DNA from: Eledone cirrhosa
Taxonomy: Eukaryota
Reading direction: 5' to 3'
Assembly (NCBI GenBank): GCA_964016885.1
Contig: OZ024740.1
Coordinates: 242,792,001 to 242,856,000, forward strand
DNA: 64,000 nt
Made by a program: the position numbers and the translations under genes. Position 1 is the stretch's first letter; each line of letters opens with the position of its first letter. Of the stretch, positions 23,771 to 36,761 are shown one piece after another. The notes under the pieces are model-generated. The model saw only the letters and a program-made list of their open reading frames with translations, had not been told where the DNA came from and ran no database searches.

Positions 23771-25310
23771 TGTCGACCTTGAGAAAGCCTTTGACAGAGT
23801 TCCACGTGCTGTAATCTGGTGGGCTCTTAGAAAACTAGGAGTAGATGAATGGCTTGTGAAAGCGGTACAAGCCATGTATAGGGGAGCAGTCAGCAAAGTT
23901 AGGATTAGCAATGAGTATAGCGAGGAATTTAGCGTACAGGTTGGGGTCCACCAGGGCTCTGTTCTTAGCCCTCTCCTGTTCATCATAGTCCTGCAGGCAA
24001 TAACGGAGGAGTTTAAGACCGGATGCCCATGGGAACTCCTGTATGCTGATGACCTCACACTCATAGCTGAATCTATGGTAGAACTAGAGAATAAATTCCA
24101 AACCTGGAAGCAGGGACTAGAGAGAAAGGGTCTCAAAGTCAACATGACCAAGACTAAGGTCCTTGTAAGTAGACGAGAAAACAGAACTCAGATCCCCTCG
24201 GGGAAATGGCCTTGTTCAGTATGTAGGAAAGGTGTAGGTAGCAACTCCATTCTCTGCCCTAAATGCAAACAATGGGTACACAAGAGATGTAGCGGGATCT
24301 CAGGAAGCTTAATTAAGAATGTAGGATTCACATGCAGCAGCTGTGCTGAAACAGCAAGCAGCAAACAGCCACAGGAAACAAGTACCACCAATCTCTGGGA
24401 GGGCCCTGTAGAAACAGTAGACAGCTTCTGCTACCTAGGTGACCGAATTAGCAACGGAGGTGGGTGTTCAGAAAGTACAATAACTAGGGTAAGAACGGGA
24501 TGGAAGAAGTTTAGGGAACTACTACCACTGCTAGCTGCAAAAGGCTTCTCCCTCAGAATGAAAGGCAGACTGTATGATGCGTGTATCCGAACAGCGATGT
24601 TGCATGGTAGTGAGACCTGGGCGCTGAAGGTGGAAGACTTACGTAGATTAGAGAGAAACGAAGCCTGCATGCTCCGATGGATGTGTAACAGTAATATACG
24701 TGAACAACAAAGCATAAATGAATTGAGAGAGAGACTGAGCATAAGAGGAATCAAATGCTGTGTGCAGGAGAGGCGGTTGCGCTGATATGGACATGTGATA
24801 CGTATGAAGGATGACAGCTGCATAAAAAGGTGCAGAGCACTAGAAGTTGATGGAAACCGCGGAGTGGGGAGACCCAAGATGACCTGGGATGAGGTGATAA
24901 AAGCCGACCTTACCCAATTACACCTCTCAAAGACAATGACACACGACCGTGACTTCTGGCGTCATGCAGTAATACAGAGTACCCGACCTCCCATGGGTAC
25001 ATGCTGAAGCATATAAACAATATGCCCCCACACCCCCCACCGCAAGGTGGTCGTGGAGGTGCCACGGCAAAAAGCACCCAGCCCACACTGTAAAGTGGAC
25101 GTGTAGGCGCCACGAAAAAGCACCCAGCACTCACTGTAAATGAGGTTGGTGTTAGGAAGGGCATCCAGCTTTAGAAATCAAGCCAGATCAGTTCCTGTAT
25201 GAGCAAGGCATGGTCAGCCGACCAGACACTGCACACAACACGACAACCCGTCTAACCCATGCTAGCGTGGAAGAACGGACGTAAAACGGTGATGATGATG
25301 ATGATGATGA
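23771..25310 (+). mobile_element. 5'-truncated RTE LINE
   Basis: VDLEKAFDRV, GVHQGS, LYADD; one in-frame TGA at 24783; 3' UTR and (GAT)n tail. Confidence 0.92.
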
Positions 25311-25318
25311 TATATATT

Positions 25319-25349
<31 letters not shown>

Positions 25350-26610
25350 CAATCATCATCACTATTTAACATTTTTTATGCTATCATAAGTTAGACAAAT
25401 TGTCCCATTGTGAGACAAGTCAGACCAGATCTTACTCACAAAAAGCTGTTTCTGGCCTGGTTTCTATGGTTGGGTTGGATGCCCTTCCTAATGCTAACCC
25501 GTTTACAGTGTGGACTGGGTGGTTTTTATTGTGGAACCAAATCAATCAACTGACAGGGTGAATTGGGTGCTTTTTGTCATGTCATCAGCATGACCACTTT
25601 CAAAGTAGGTTGGATGCTTGTCATGTGATCAACTGAACCACTTTACAAGGTAGGCTGGATGCTTTTTGTTGTGTCACTAACGCAACAACTTTACAGTGAA
25701 GACTCGTTGATTTTTGTCATGTCACCATCACGACCATCTCATAAGATGGACTAGTTGTGGTTTGTCGCGTCACTATCACAACCACTTTATAGGGTGGACT
25801 GAGTGCTTTTTGCTGTGTCATCAGCATGAACACTGAACAGGGTAAAGTGAGTGCTCTTTTGTCATGTCACAAACATGACCACCTTACAGAGCGGACTAAG
25901 AACTTTTAGCCATTTCAGCAGCATTGTGGGAGAGCATGTTCAGGTTTCCATGCTTGTATGCATGGGTTAGTCAAGAGAGATGTATCAGATGTGGAAGGTG
26001 GAAGCTGGAGGAGAGTATAGTGCATGTATGCAGGATGGGAATTGCAGAGGTAAGTCTAGTGTGCGGTACTTAGCTGGTGAAGGGTGGAATGTTAAGATGT
26101 GGGAGATGCATGGATGGAAGGGAGAAGATCCAATGCATATTAATGTCCTCTAGATGTTTGCTTCCTACTATGCACATGGAAAGGTATGTCTTCTGTATTA
26201 CTCCATAAAACCAGAGATCTTAATCCTGTGTCATTACCTTTGACAGGTTTAATTGTGTGAGTTCAACTTTTATCACTTCACATCAGACTTTCCTAGGTCT
26301 TCCTACTCCATAGCTTCCATCACCTTTGAGCACCCTGCACATTTTTATACAGCTGTATCTCCTCCATATGCATCACATGTATAATAGCATTGCAATCTCC
26401 TCTCTTGCACATTGCATCTGCCCCCTATTATGTTTCTCTCTCAGACCATTTCCACTTTGCCATTCATGTATATTACTATTAAACATCCATAAAAGCATGC
26501 AAGCTTCATTTCTTTCCAATTTTCATAGGTCCTTTACATACAGCACCCAGGTCTCACTTACATTCAGTATTGTTGTTTATACATAAACATCATGCAATCT
26601 GCTCATTATT
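25350..26610 (-). mobile_element. Older RTE 3' fragment with degenerate array of about 46 bp in the 3' UTR
   Basis: Decayed ETW..ERNEACML..GRPRK at 26190-26610; about 9 eroded units at 25500-25910. Confidence 0.7.
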
Positions 26611-26650
26611 ATGTGTATATATATGCATATATATATATATATCTATGCAG

Positions 26651-26768
26651 ACCACTATATAGTGGAGGAGCTGCTTCACTACTGGCCTCTCATCGGGTGC
26701 AGGACAAAATTATGTCCTGTGCCCAATGAGAGGCTAGTATTGAAGCAGCTCCTTCAGTATATAGTGGT
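26651..26768. repeat. Imperfect palindrome (about 56-bp arms, 6-nt loop) within (TA)n
   Basis: accactatat...gcaggaca aaatta tgtcctgt...atatagtggt. Confidence 0.85.
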
Positions 26769-26939
26769 GGCCATAAATGGACACTGATATATATATATAT
26801 ATATATACATATAATGTAGGAGGTGAGTTTTATTGTAGTACAATAAAGCAATGCAGATATCGGATAAGAAGCACTCTACGGTTTGTAGGACTGGAGTATA
26901 CATAATATATAAGATCAAAAGATGGTTAAAGGAGTTCCA

Positions 26940-27012
26940 TGTATTTTATTATGCGCATTTCAAAAACAAACATCATCATGCAATAATATTTGTGTTTTCA
27001 TCAGATAAAACA
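26940..27012 (-). ncRNA. Minimal type-I hammerhead ribozyme (left arm)
   Basis: uuuuau-CUGAUGA-stem II-GAAAU-gcgc-AUA-auaaaa. Confidence 0.65.
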
Positions 27013-27144
27013 GGAGGACATGATATGAAGGCTAAAAAACACTTTTTTTCCCAATATCACACATCAATCTAAAACTACTTTTCATATGTTGATTTAAAAC
27101 TGCACTATCCACAAGTGTTTTTTAGCCTTCATATCATGTCCTCC

Positions 27145-27217
27145 TGTTTTATCTGATGAAAACACAAATATTATTGCATGATGATGTTTGTTTTTGAAAT
27201 GCGCATAATAAGATACA
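27145..27217 (+). ncRNA. Minimal type-I hammerhead ribozyme (right arm)
   Basis: CTGATGA 27153-27159, GAAA 27196-27199, palindromic GCGC loop, AUA triplet ending at 27207. Confidence 0.65.
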
Positions 27218-27294
27218 TGGAACTCCTTTAACCATCTTTTGATCTTATATATTATATATACATATATATATACATATATATATATACATATATA

Positions 27295-27665
27295 TCATCA
27301 TCATCATCATCATCAGGTTTAGCGTCCGTGTTCCACGCTTGCATGGGTTTGGACGGGGGTTTTCCCACTTGAGGCAAGAGTGGTTGTCTTGCTCGCATAG
27401 GACTGTCTGGCGGGTTTTCTACAGTTGGATGCCCTTCCTAACACCAACCACATTTACAGTGTGGGGCTGGGAGGTTTTTACCGTGTTGCCTACACGGCCA
27501 CATTACAGCGTGGACTGTCTGGCGGGTTTTCTACAGCTGGATGCCCTTCCTAACACCAACCACATTTACAGTGTGGGGCTGGGAGGTTTTTACCGTGTTG
27601 CCTACACGGCCACATTTACAGCGTGGACTGTGTGTTTTTTTGTCGTGACACCTACACGATCTCAT
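27295..27665 (-). mobile_element. RTE 3' UTR-only fragment with internal duplication
   Basis: Matches 10320-10580; (ATG)n tail next to (TA)n. Confidence 0.8.
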
Positions 27666-27671
27666 TTATAC

Positions 27672-27711
<40 letters not shown>

Positions 27712-27827
27712 ATATATATATTTACACATATATATATGTATATATATATATAATAAATTTAAAAAAAAAGTTATTGCTCTACATGACTGAATACAATAAA
27801 TGTAATCTGAGTTTTTCGAATATTAAT

Positions 27828-28016
27828 AATTGTTTCTACGTTAGGCACAAGGCCAGCAATTGCCCAGTGCATTACTGGTACTTTATTTTATCGACCCCGT
27901 AAGGATGAAAGGCAAAGTTAACCTCGGTGGGATTTGAACTCAGAATGGCAAGGGCCGTAACTCTATACGTCAAAGCATGGCGTCCGACCCTCTCCTAATA
28001 CTGCCAATCCACCGCC
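27828..28016 (-). mobile_element. tRNA-derived SINE (Meta-domain-like family)
   Basis: Same family as 47160-47352. Confidence 0.8.
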
Positions 28017-28576
28017 CTATTAATAATATTAATAATAATATTTGATTTGTTTGCCAACACAAGATGCATGCCAACACAAGAGCAAGAATGAGGGGCTCAT
28101 TCTACTGACATGGCTTTAAAAAAGAGGCTGTTTGCATAATTGCAAACGAATCGAATATATATATACATATATATATATATATTGTTATAATTTGGGAGGG
28201 TCATGCTGCCAATAGAAACACATGCACCTGTTGGTTTCCACTTCAATTTATTATAAATATCCAGTTGGTTGGTTCGATAATCGGATGGTTATATATTGCC
28301 AAAGCTCTTTTGTCACACATTCTGTGACTTTCTCAGTGACTGGTTTTTTTTATTTTGTGTCTCTTTTGTTCTGTCCTACGCCATTTAACATCCATTTTTC
28401 CTGTTAGCATATATATATATAAAACTGTTTATCAACCCATCATCTCTCATCTTTCATTCTTTCAATGCATCTATCTATCTATCTGTCTGTTTGTCTGTTT
28501 GCCTATCTATATGTCTGTCTGTCAGGCTGTATATTTCTATTCCTCTGCCTCTCTCTCTCTATATATATATATATAT

Positions 28577-28919
28577 CATCATCATCATCATCATCATCAT
28601 TTCATTTTACGTCCACTTTTCCCTGCTTGCAAGGGTGGGACGGGAACTGATTCTGGCTTGATTTCTACAGCTGGATGCCCTTCCTAACACCAACCTCATT
28701 TACAGTGAGTGCTGGGTGCTTTTTTGCCGTGGCACCTCCACGACCACTTTGCAGTGGAATGATATGGACCCTAGTCCCTATCATCTCATTTCTACAGCTG
28801 AGTAAACTGGAGCAATGTGAAATAAAGTGTCTTGCTCAAGGAAACAACACATCACCCGGTCTGAGAATTGAACTCACAACATTTCGATTGCAAGGCCAAT
28901 GCTCTAACCCCTAAGCCAT
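28577..28919 (-). mobile_element. tRNA-head CORE-like SINE with RTE-derived tail
   Basis: Box A/B head, CCTTGAGCAAGACACTT core, RTE 3' UTR segment, (ATG)n tail. Confidence 0.8.
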
Positions 28920-29296
28920 ATATATATCTTTCATTCTGCCTCTCAGCTTGTCTCTTTATGGCCACCTTTACATGATATGTTATGGGCCTACATTTTAATC
29001 ATTTACTGTTCACTACCCATTTATAGCTTGGTAATATAATACAGAAGGTAGTGAGTGTATGTGTTGGTGTGCATGTATATTTGGTAGGTTTCTGCACCTT
29101 GGCATATATCTTGATGTGTGACTATCTGGCATTTAAATGACCACTCAGTGCATTAATGGCTTAGCTATTGTACAGATGATAGGTCATTACTGTTTGTTAT
29201 TTTGCTAAATATAGTCAAGGCTGTCTGGTTATGGAAGTCACTTTTTAACTAGTTGGTTCCAGTTTCAATACTATTGAGTAGCATCTTGGGTATCTG

Positions 29297-29332
<36 letters not shown>

Positions 29333-29359
29333 CATATGTGCATACATATATATATATAT

Positions 29360-29630
29360 AGTGGCCTTGTAGTAAGGGTGTTGGACTTACGATCAAAATG
29401 TTGTGGGTTTGATTCCTGGGCTGTCTTGCGTGTTGTACTCTTGAGAAAAACAGTTCATTTCATGTTGCTCCAGTATACTCAGGTGTAAATGAGTACCAGC
29501 AACAGGTGGGGGTTTAACCCTGCAATGAACTGGTATCCTGTCCAAGAAAGAGTCTTGTACTCTCAGTCATGTTATGCCATGAAACTGGGATAAGCATTGG
29601 CCTAACAAGCCTTCTGGCTTAAGACAGACT
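29360..29630 (+). mobile_element. Older tRNA-head CORE-like SINE
   Basis: GTGGCCTTGTAGTAAGG...GGTTTGATTCC head and core-like segment. Confidence 0.6.
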
Positions 29631-29635
29631 TTAAA

Positions 29636-29637
<2 letters not shown>

Positions 29638-29708
<71 letters not shown>
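29638..29708. repeat. (GT)n microsatellite
   Basis: Direct. Confidence 0.95.
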
Positions 29709-29711
<3 letters not shown>

Positions 29712-30055
29712 GTAGGTGCAAGCATGGCTGTGTAATTAAGGTATTTGCTTTACAACCACTTGCCTGTGTTCAAACATACTACACAGCACCTTAGCAAGTG
29801 CCTTTTACAATAGCCTCAGATTGACAATACTTTGAGATGAGATTGTAATTTGCAGAAGCATGTCATATATATATGTGTATGTAGGTATGTTTATGTTTGT
29901 GTTTGTGTTTATGTCTGTTCATGTCCCATAACTATGCAGTTCGACAAAAAGTGATTTGAAACAAATAAATTCTGGGATTGATAAGATCAACTTTAAGATC
30001 ATTCCCCAACATAGCTGCAGTCTAATAACTGAAACCAGTAAATTGATAAAAGAGT
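29712..30055 (+). mobile_element. Older CORE-like SINE; related 3' ends at 10927-10975 and 34712-34780
   Basis: gcaccttagcaagtg core; shared end gcagtc..actgaaac..gtaaa. Confidence 0.5.
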
Positions 30056-31889
30056 GTGGGCATGTGTATGTGTGAGAATGTATGTATGTGTATTTGTTGT
30101 AACTAATTTCCCAAACAAAATTCATAACTAACTCTGTTATTGTTTATAAAATAAAATATAAATTAAAAACCAAAATCAAATTAGCTTGTATTTAAGAAGA
30201 TTAAATCAATTTGTTGTTAAGTAATCATGTTCAGCTCCTCTTAAAGTGAACAATAACACAAGAGGTAGCTATTTGATCAACATTTCTAGATACAATCAAT
30301 ATCACCATCAACATTAGTAGTAGCCTCATTTTAACATTATTTTTTGTTTAATCTGATCAAAGCAAATGTAAGATCAAAGGTGGTTCAATCATCACCAACC
30401 AATGGAAAATATACTTTAAATGGTGATGGTGATGATGATTTTCTATGCTGGCATTGGTTTGTATGAGAGAGCATTAGATGATATTTTGACTCCACATCCT
30501 GAGATCCAAACTACACCACTTCTTGCTGTATTTCTTTATTTCTTAAACTCTTTTTGTTTATATCTTGGGTATGTTATGCCAAAATGTTATATTTTGGATC
30601 CTGAGGATAAATTGATAGTCAGACATAGAATGTCAGACAAAATGTTTTGCAGTATTTGTTCTGACCAATGTCAACAATGTATTTCACCCTTTTAGAGACA
30701 ATAAAATAAGATAGCAGTCCAGGGTAATTGATTGTGAATTATTAGTGTGTTGAATGATATTCGCTGTGGTATTTGTTCAAGATCTTTGCATCCTGCTGAG
30801 GTCTACTTTGGTGGTAGACATAAATTAACATCAGGTTTAACACTCTCTCTCTCAGCTTTTGGGTGATTTTAGCAGACTCCACACTGCCTTAAACATACAG
30901 GTGAGGTCTCTAGTTTGAGAATACCCTCCTACCCTCTCACCAATATCAGAGACCATGAAAAGGATCATGGACACTGCCATCCCATTCCTGACTAAACAAT
31001 AAATTTAAAAAAATCAAAGGTGATAAGGAAGTGTTAGAGGAGTTTCTCCACTATATTTTTAAAAGTGGAACAATTATGTAGAAATCACCTTGAGAATTCA
31101 TCCTTTCTTTATACTGTTTAGCCCTGATTGAGTAGACCTATAATCTAAATGCTTCCAGCCATGACCAACCAGTATTCTTATGGATATCAGTGATTATATT
31201 ATCCATTAAGATTTACACCTCCTTTTAAGACATTATAGTATGATGTGAGGGAGGTTTGGCTGCTATTTTAAACAAGTAAAAAGATTACATAAAGGCTTTC
31301 ATTCTGGCTTATCAGTTCTTTATGTTATCATGCTTGATGCAACATAGTGAAGAAGAAGGGAAGCACTCATGACTCTTTTAGTGGCTCCAAGACTGGTAGA
31401 AGGGAAACCTGACCCCAATGCTTGCAACAAAGTAGAGTTTACTAAATATATACAAAAGCCAGGTGATGACATTAAAGCGAACAATGAAGTCTCCCACTCA
31501 AATTGGCCACAGTCGGATTCAAACTGAGAATGCAAAAAAACAGAACAAATTCCAGTAGTCCATCTCCCTAAACAGCTGAAAGGCAAAGTTGACCTCAGTG
31601 AGATTTAAACTAAGAATATAAGGAACTAGATTACATACTGGAGGGCATTTTATCCAATGTTCTAACACTTCTGTCAATTCACCTATCTTTAATAAAGTTA
31701 AGCATTCCTAAAATATGTCAATTAATTTAATCAAACATAACTCTCACTTCTAGCAAAAGAGGAATTATTCATAGAAAATAAAGAAACACCAGTTACTGTG
31801 TTATTGTTGTTTTGCTTCTGTATCAAGGATTGCCATTTATGTCACACCAGTAGATAAGTTGCACCTCTATTTTACATCTTATATATAAT

Positions 31890-32050
31890 GGTTTCTTATA
31901 TAGGAACAATGCCAGTAATTTGGTGGAGGGGAAAGTCGATTAAATCAATCCCAGTGCGTGACTGGTACTTTATTTTATCGACCCCATAAGGATGAAAGGC
32001 AAAGTTAACCTCGGCGGGATTTGAACTCAGATTATAAAGAGCTGTAACTC
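31890..32050 (-). mobile_element. tRNA-derived SINE (Meta-domain-like family)
   Basis: Conserved central block. Confidence 0.7.
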
Positions 32051-33281
32051 TATTACATCTCATATATAATGATTGAAGAACTGCGAGACTGTGTCAAATT
32101 TATTATTTTACATCTTGTTATCAATAAATCATGAATGAATATTATGTAATTTATCTATTAAATTTCTTTGCTCTTGATTAAACATAAAACATCTCATATA
32201 TAATATATTGCTTATTTCAAGATTAACTTCTGTTAAAACTTTCAAATATCAACTTCCATCAGCGTTCATATCATAACATTTTTCCGTATTCATTATCATC
32301 TTTTTTAAATGTATCATAAATTACTTTACTGATTACAGAAGAAAGTATAACACAGTCGTTGTTTAATTTATATGCATATTGTCAATTTACTTTTCAATTT
32401 ACATATCATATCTATATGCATATATATTTGCATATAATATCAATATGCAGACTACATATGCTAGCAGAAAACTGCCCAGGGTACGGTTCTTCTGCTATTA
32501 TTCATAATGTACCGTATATTTTGAATTGAGGTTTTGTAAGTCCAGTAGATAAATCAGATGCTGGTTTTTTATGTTGTATTTTTCATGGTAGCAGGGAAAG
32601 CAGACATTAAACAATGATGAGGATGATGATATATATATATGTGCATGTGTGTGTCTATCCACATATACACACATAAAAATGATATAAAAACCAGTGATAA
32701 AGTTACATCATTTTATTTTTTATACACTTTTTTCTGTACCTCTCTCCTCTCTCTTTTTGTTTTCATAAGTCTTATGCTGAATTGCACAATTGTGATTATG
32801 ATGTAAAATAACATATAACTTGAAACATGTTCACTTCCTCAGGGAGATTTACAAATTACTTTAGTGATAGGAACACTGGTCATTATATGAACCATCCTAA
32901 TGACACTGGCACACATACCATTAAAAGGAATGATGTCGATCAAAGGATTAAAAAATACACTATTAAATAAGAGAGAAAAATATAATTATATAATAAAATT
33001 AGAGCATATATGCTGGAGAGCAATAAAGAGAAAAAGCTATAAAGGCAAGGAAATACATTATCTGGCAAAACCCATCAATTACATAGGATATTATATACAT
33101 ATATATGAGCAAGACATGGTCATCTGACCTCGACTTACTTCAAATAGGACAGCCCGTTTAACCCATGCTAGCGTGGAAAATGAACATTAAACAGTGATGA
33201 GGATGATATATATATATATATCATCATCATCATCATTTAACGTCCATTTCCCACACTTGCATGGATTATACATATATATAT

Positions 33282-33362
33282 ATAGGAAAAAGTATGACCC
33301 CGACGGCAGAGCTCTAGCCGAAACGGCTAGAGCTCTGCCGTCGGGGTCATACTTTTTCCTAT
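33282..33362. repeat. Perfect hairpin, 39-bp arms, AAA loop
   Basis: Exact reverse complement. Confidence 0.95.
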
Positions 33363-33437
33363 TTCCCACTTTACTATCCTAAGTATTGAGTACTCTGGTG
33401 CGTTATGGTCCATATGGTTCTTACCACAATTCCTTTG

Positions 33438-33516
<79 letters not shown>

Positions 33517-34139
33517 AGTGTAATTTTCTACACAAAACGAAGGTTATAGAGAAAATTGAGGTTGGTAATGGCACATGGAATATATAAGAGACAGAATACT
33601 TTTTTGTGAAAAAACATATAATTTTATAAGGTAAGGAAATAATAAAGGGTATAAAAAATGACCGGTTTCGATGGGTCTGCAAAAGCCATCTTTTCAAATG
33701 TTGATTAATATTAAGAAAAATTAATAATACGAAGAGTTAAAATTTGAGATTTGAAAATTCAAGTATAAAATTCATTGTGGGATTTCATAGTAGTTTTCAT
33801 CTAGGTAGCAACAAGTTGATTGTTGTGTCCCTTTCTGGTAGTGAATGAGAAGTTATTTGGGGTGTGGGTTATTTTATAAAGGTCAGATTTAGCAATGGCC
33901 AGCTGGCCAGCTGCTGGTCAGTGAGGGGGTGGAAGCAATATACATACACATATCTTCCTGTGGTCGGTAGGAGAGTGGAGCTTGATAGAAAGGGATTTAG
34001 TGCACTTACACCTATATATACACACATACCTTCATCCACACATACATATACATATACATATACATACACATATAGATATATATATATATATACATATACA
34101 CACATACATACACACACACATACATATACATACACACAT

Positions 34140-34172
<33 letters not shown>

Positions 34173-34197
34173 ACATATATATATATATATATATTAT

Positions 34198-34692
34198 AAA
34201 AAAAGCACACAGCACTCACTGTAAATGAGGTTGGAGTTAGGAAGGGCATCCAGCTGTAGAAATCAAGCCAGAATCAGTTCCCGTCTCACCCTTGCAAGCA
34301 GGGAAAAGCGGATGTAAAATGATGATGATGATGATGATATATATATATGCTTGCAAGGGTGGGACGGGAACTGATTCTGGCTTGATTTCTACAGCTGGAT
34401 GCCCTTCCTAACTCCAACCTCATTTACAGTGAGTGCTGTGTGCTTTTTTTTTCCGTGGTGCCTACATGACCACTTTACAGTGAGTGCTGGGTGCCTTTTT
34501 GCCGTGGCACCTCCACGACCACTTTGCAGTGAAATGATAGGGACCCCAGTCCTATCATCTCATTTCTACAGCTGAGTAAACTGGAGTAATGTGAAATAAA
34601 GTGTCTTGCTCAAGGAAACAACACATCACCCGATCTGAGAATTGAACTCACAACCTTCGATTGCAAGGCCAGTGCTCTAACCACTAAGCCAT
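34198..34692 (-). mobile_element. CORE-like RTE-tailed SINE with inverted duplicate of its 3' part
   Basis: SINE body 34349-34692; inverted copy with tail 34198-34338. Confidence 0.8.
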
Positions 34693-36007
34693 ATATATAT
34701 ATATATGTATTCTTTTATTCTTTTATTCTTTTACTGTCTTCAGTCATTAGACTGCAGCCATGCTGAAGCACCACCTTAAAAGGATCTAGTCAATTGTATT
34801 GATCCCAGAACTTATTTTATTGATCTCCTTTTGTCAAACCAGTAAATTACAGGAAATAAACTCAATCACAAACATAAACACAGACACAATCATACACAAA
34901 TAGAGAGAAGGGGAGTGGTGTGCTAATGAGGAGGGGTGCATCACTGAAATTGAAAGGAAAGGTATATGCTTCCTGTGAGAGAAGTGCCAAGATTTACAGG
35001 ATTGAAACATGGATGATTAACATGTAGCAGCAGAGAAGGCTGGAAAGAATGGAAATGAGAATGGTCTGGTGGATGAATAGAGTATTACTAAGAGCAAGAA
35101 AGTATGTATATATGTTTGGCCTCTGATGGAATTATACAGTTGCCATAGTGACACACAGCATGTATTGGGAATTTTTAACCTGGTAGAGCCCATTCATTTG
35201 CCAGAGAAGAAGAGAGAGGATGACAGAGAAGGAGTGGGAAGGAGAGAGAGAAGGTCGGCCCCAGTACTGGACTAGTAATTTTTTTATTGACCTTGAAAGG
35301 ATGAAAGGCTAAATGGACTTCAGCAGAATTTGAACTCAGAGTACAGAGCTGGAACAAATACTTCAAAGCATTCTTTCTAACATTGTAATGACTCTGCCTA
35401 TTCGCCATCTCAGAGAGAAGATGACAAACAAGGAATTGTAGAGGATGATGGGAATAGAGCCAGTGAAGAATGTTGTGAAGAAAAGTAGAATGAGGTAGTT
35501 GGGTCATATGCTGAGAAAAGATGGAAGTGATTGGGTGAGAGGATTAAAGGAAATTAATAGGGAAGGAAGCAGAGGAAAACGAATTCCAAGAAAATCATGA
35601 CTAATGATGATGGACTAGGAAATGAAAACTAGAGGTTGATTGGGGAGGGGATGCAAATGATAGGAAAATATAGAGAAGGTTGTCAAAGTGCCTTCAAGGA
35701 TAACTCCTGCTTTTAGCAGGGTAAATGGCCTTAGAATTATTCTGGATTTAATGCGTGGCTTCTATATACTGGGTTCAAATATTGCACTATGGTGCACAGG
35801 ATACAGAGAAGAAACCAATGATTTCCTTTGGTCCGGACTAAATTGTTTAATACTCGCACATAATCCCAAATTTACCACTAATAAGTAAATGTGTGTGCTC
35901 TGAATCACGGACTGGAACTTCGGAAGTGTAAGTCCCGTGAAATGATCGAGTGAGTGGGAAAGTTCAGTTTATCTAGTTTGATACACTTATATATATATAT
36001 ATATATA

Positions 36008-36174
36008 ACACTGTAAATGTGGTTGGTGTTAGGAAGGGCATCCAGCTGTAGAAAACCCGCCAGACAGTCCTATGCAAGCAAGACAATCATTCTTGCCTCA
36101 AGTGGGAAAAACCCCGTCCAAACCCATGCAAGCATGGAACACGGACGTTAAATGTTGATGATGATGATGATGAT
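36008..36174 (+). mobile_element. RTE 3' end with (ATG)n tail
   Basis: Reverse complement of 10320-10490. Confidence 0.8.
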
Positions 36175-36465
36175 ATTATGCAGAGTATTGGATATCTATT
36201 CCAATCACTGCTTTCTGAGTTTGAATCCCACCAAGTTCCACTTGGCCTTTCATCCTTTTGAGGCCAATAAAGAAAGTATCAGCCTCGTGCTTATGCAGCT
36301 CTCTCTCATTCCAGCGTCACATCTTGGATGCTCTTCTTGATCAAGGGAGGATGAGTCAAGAGAATGTCTGTGTCTACTTACGATCTTACGGGCACCTAAA
36401 ACCCTTAGCAACAACATGGTACATACTATCAAGCTAGACTCAATTGTGAGTTCGAGTTGTAGCTT

Positions 36466-36501
<36 letters not shown>

Positions 36502-36761
36502 CTTTCTTTATTAACCACAAGGGTTTACATAAAGTAGACATTAAGTTGTCCATAGGCCCCCGCCCAGTACAGGACTATACAGGGCGGTACAAATGGGCAT
36601 TTCTGCGTGTAAAAAAAACAGAGGATGTAATAAAATAACAAAGAAAAATTCCCCAATAGGGGGGAGACTTCCGAGGGACATTTGTGCAGAAAGCCCATTA
36701 AAAGACCACAGTGACCCTGACTACCAGGGCAAGTGCCCTCTCCCAGTTTTCCACCTTTAAT

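Noticed and set aside
35908-35950. ctgaatc-acgg...ccgt-gaaat hammerhead-like hairpin
   Set aside because: Core is not CUGANGA and no stem I is evident
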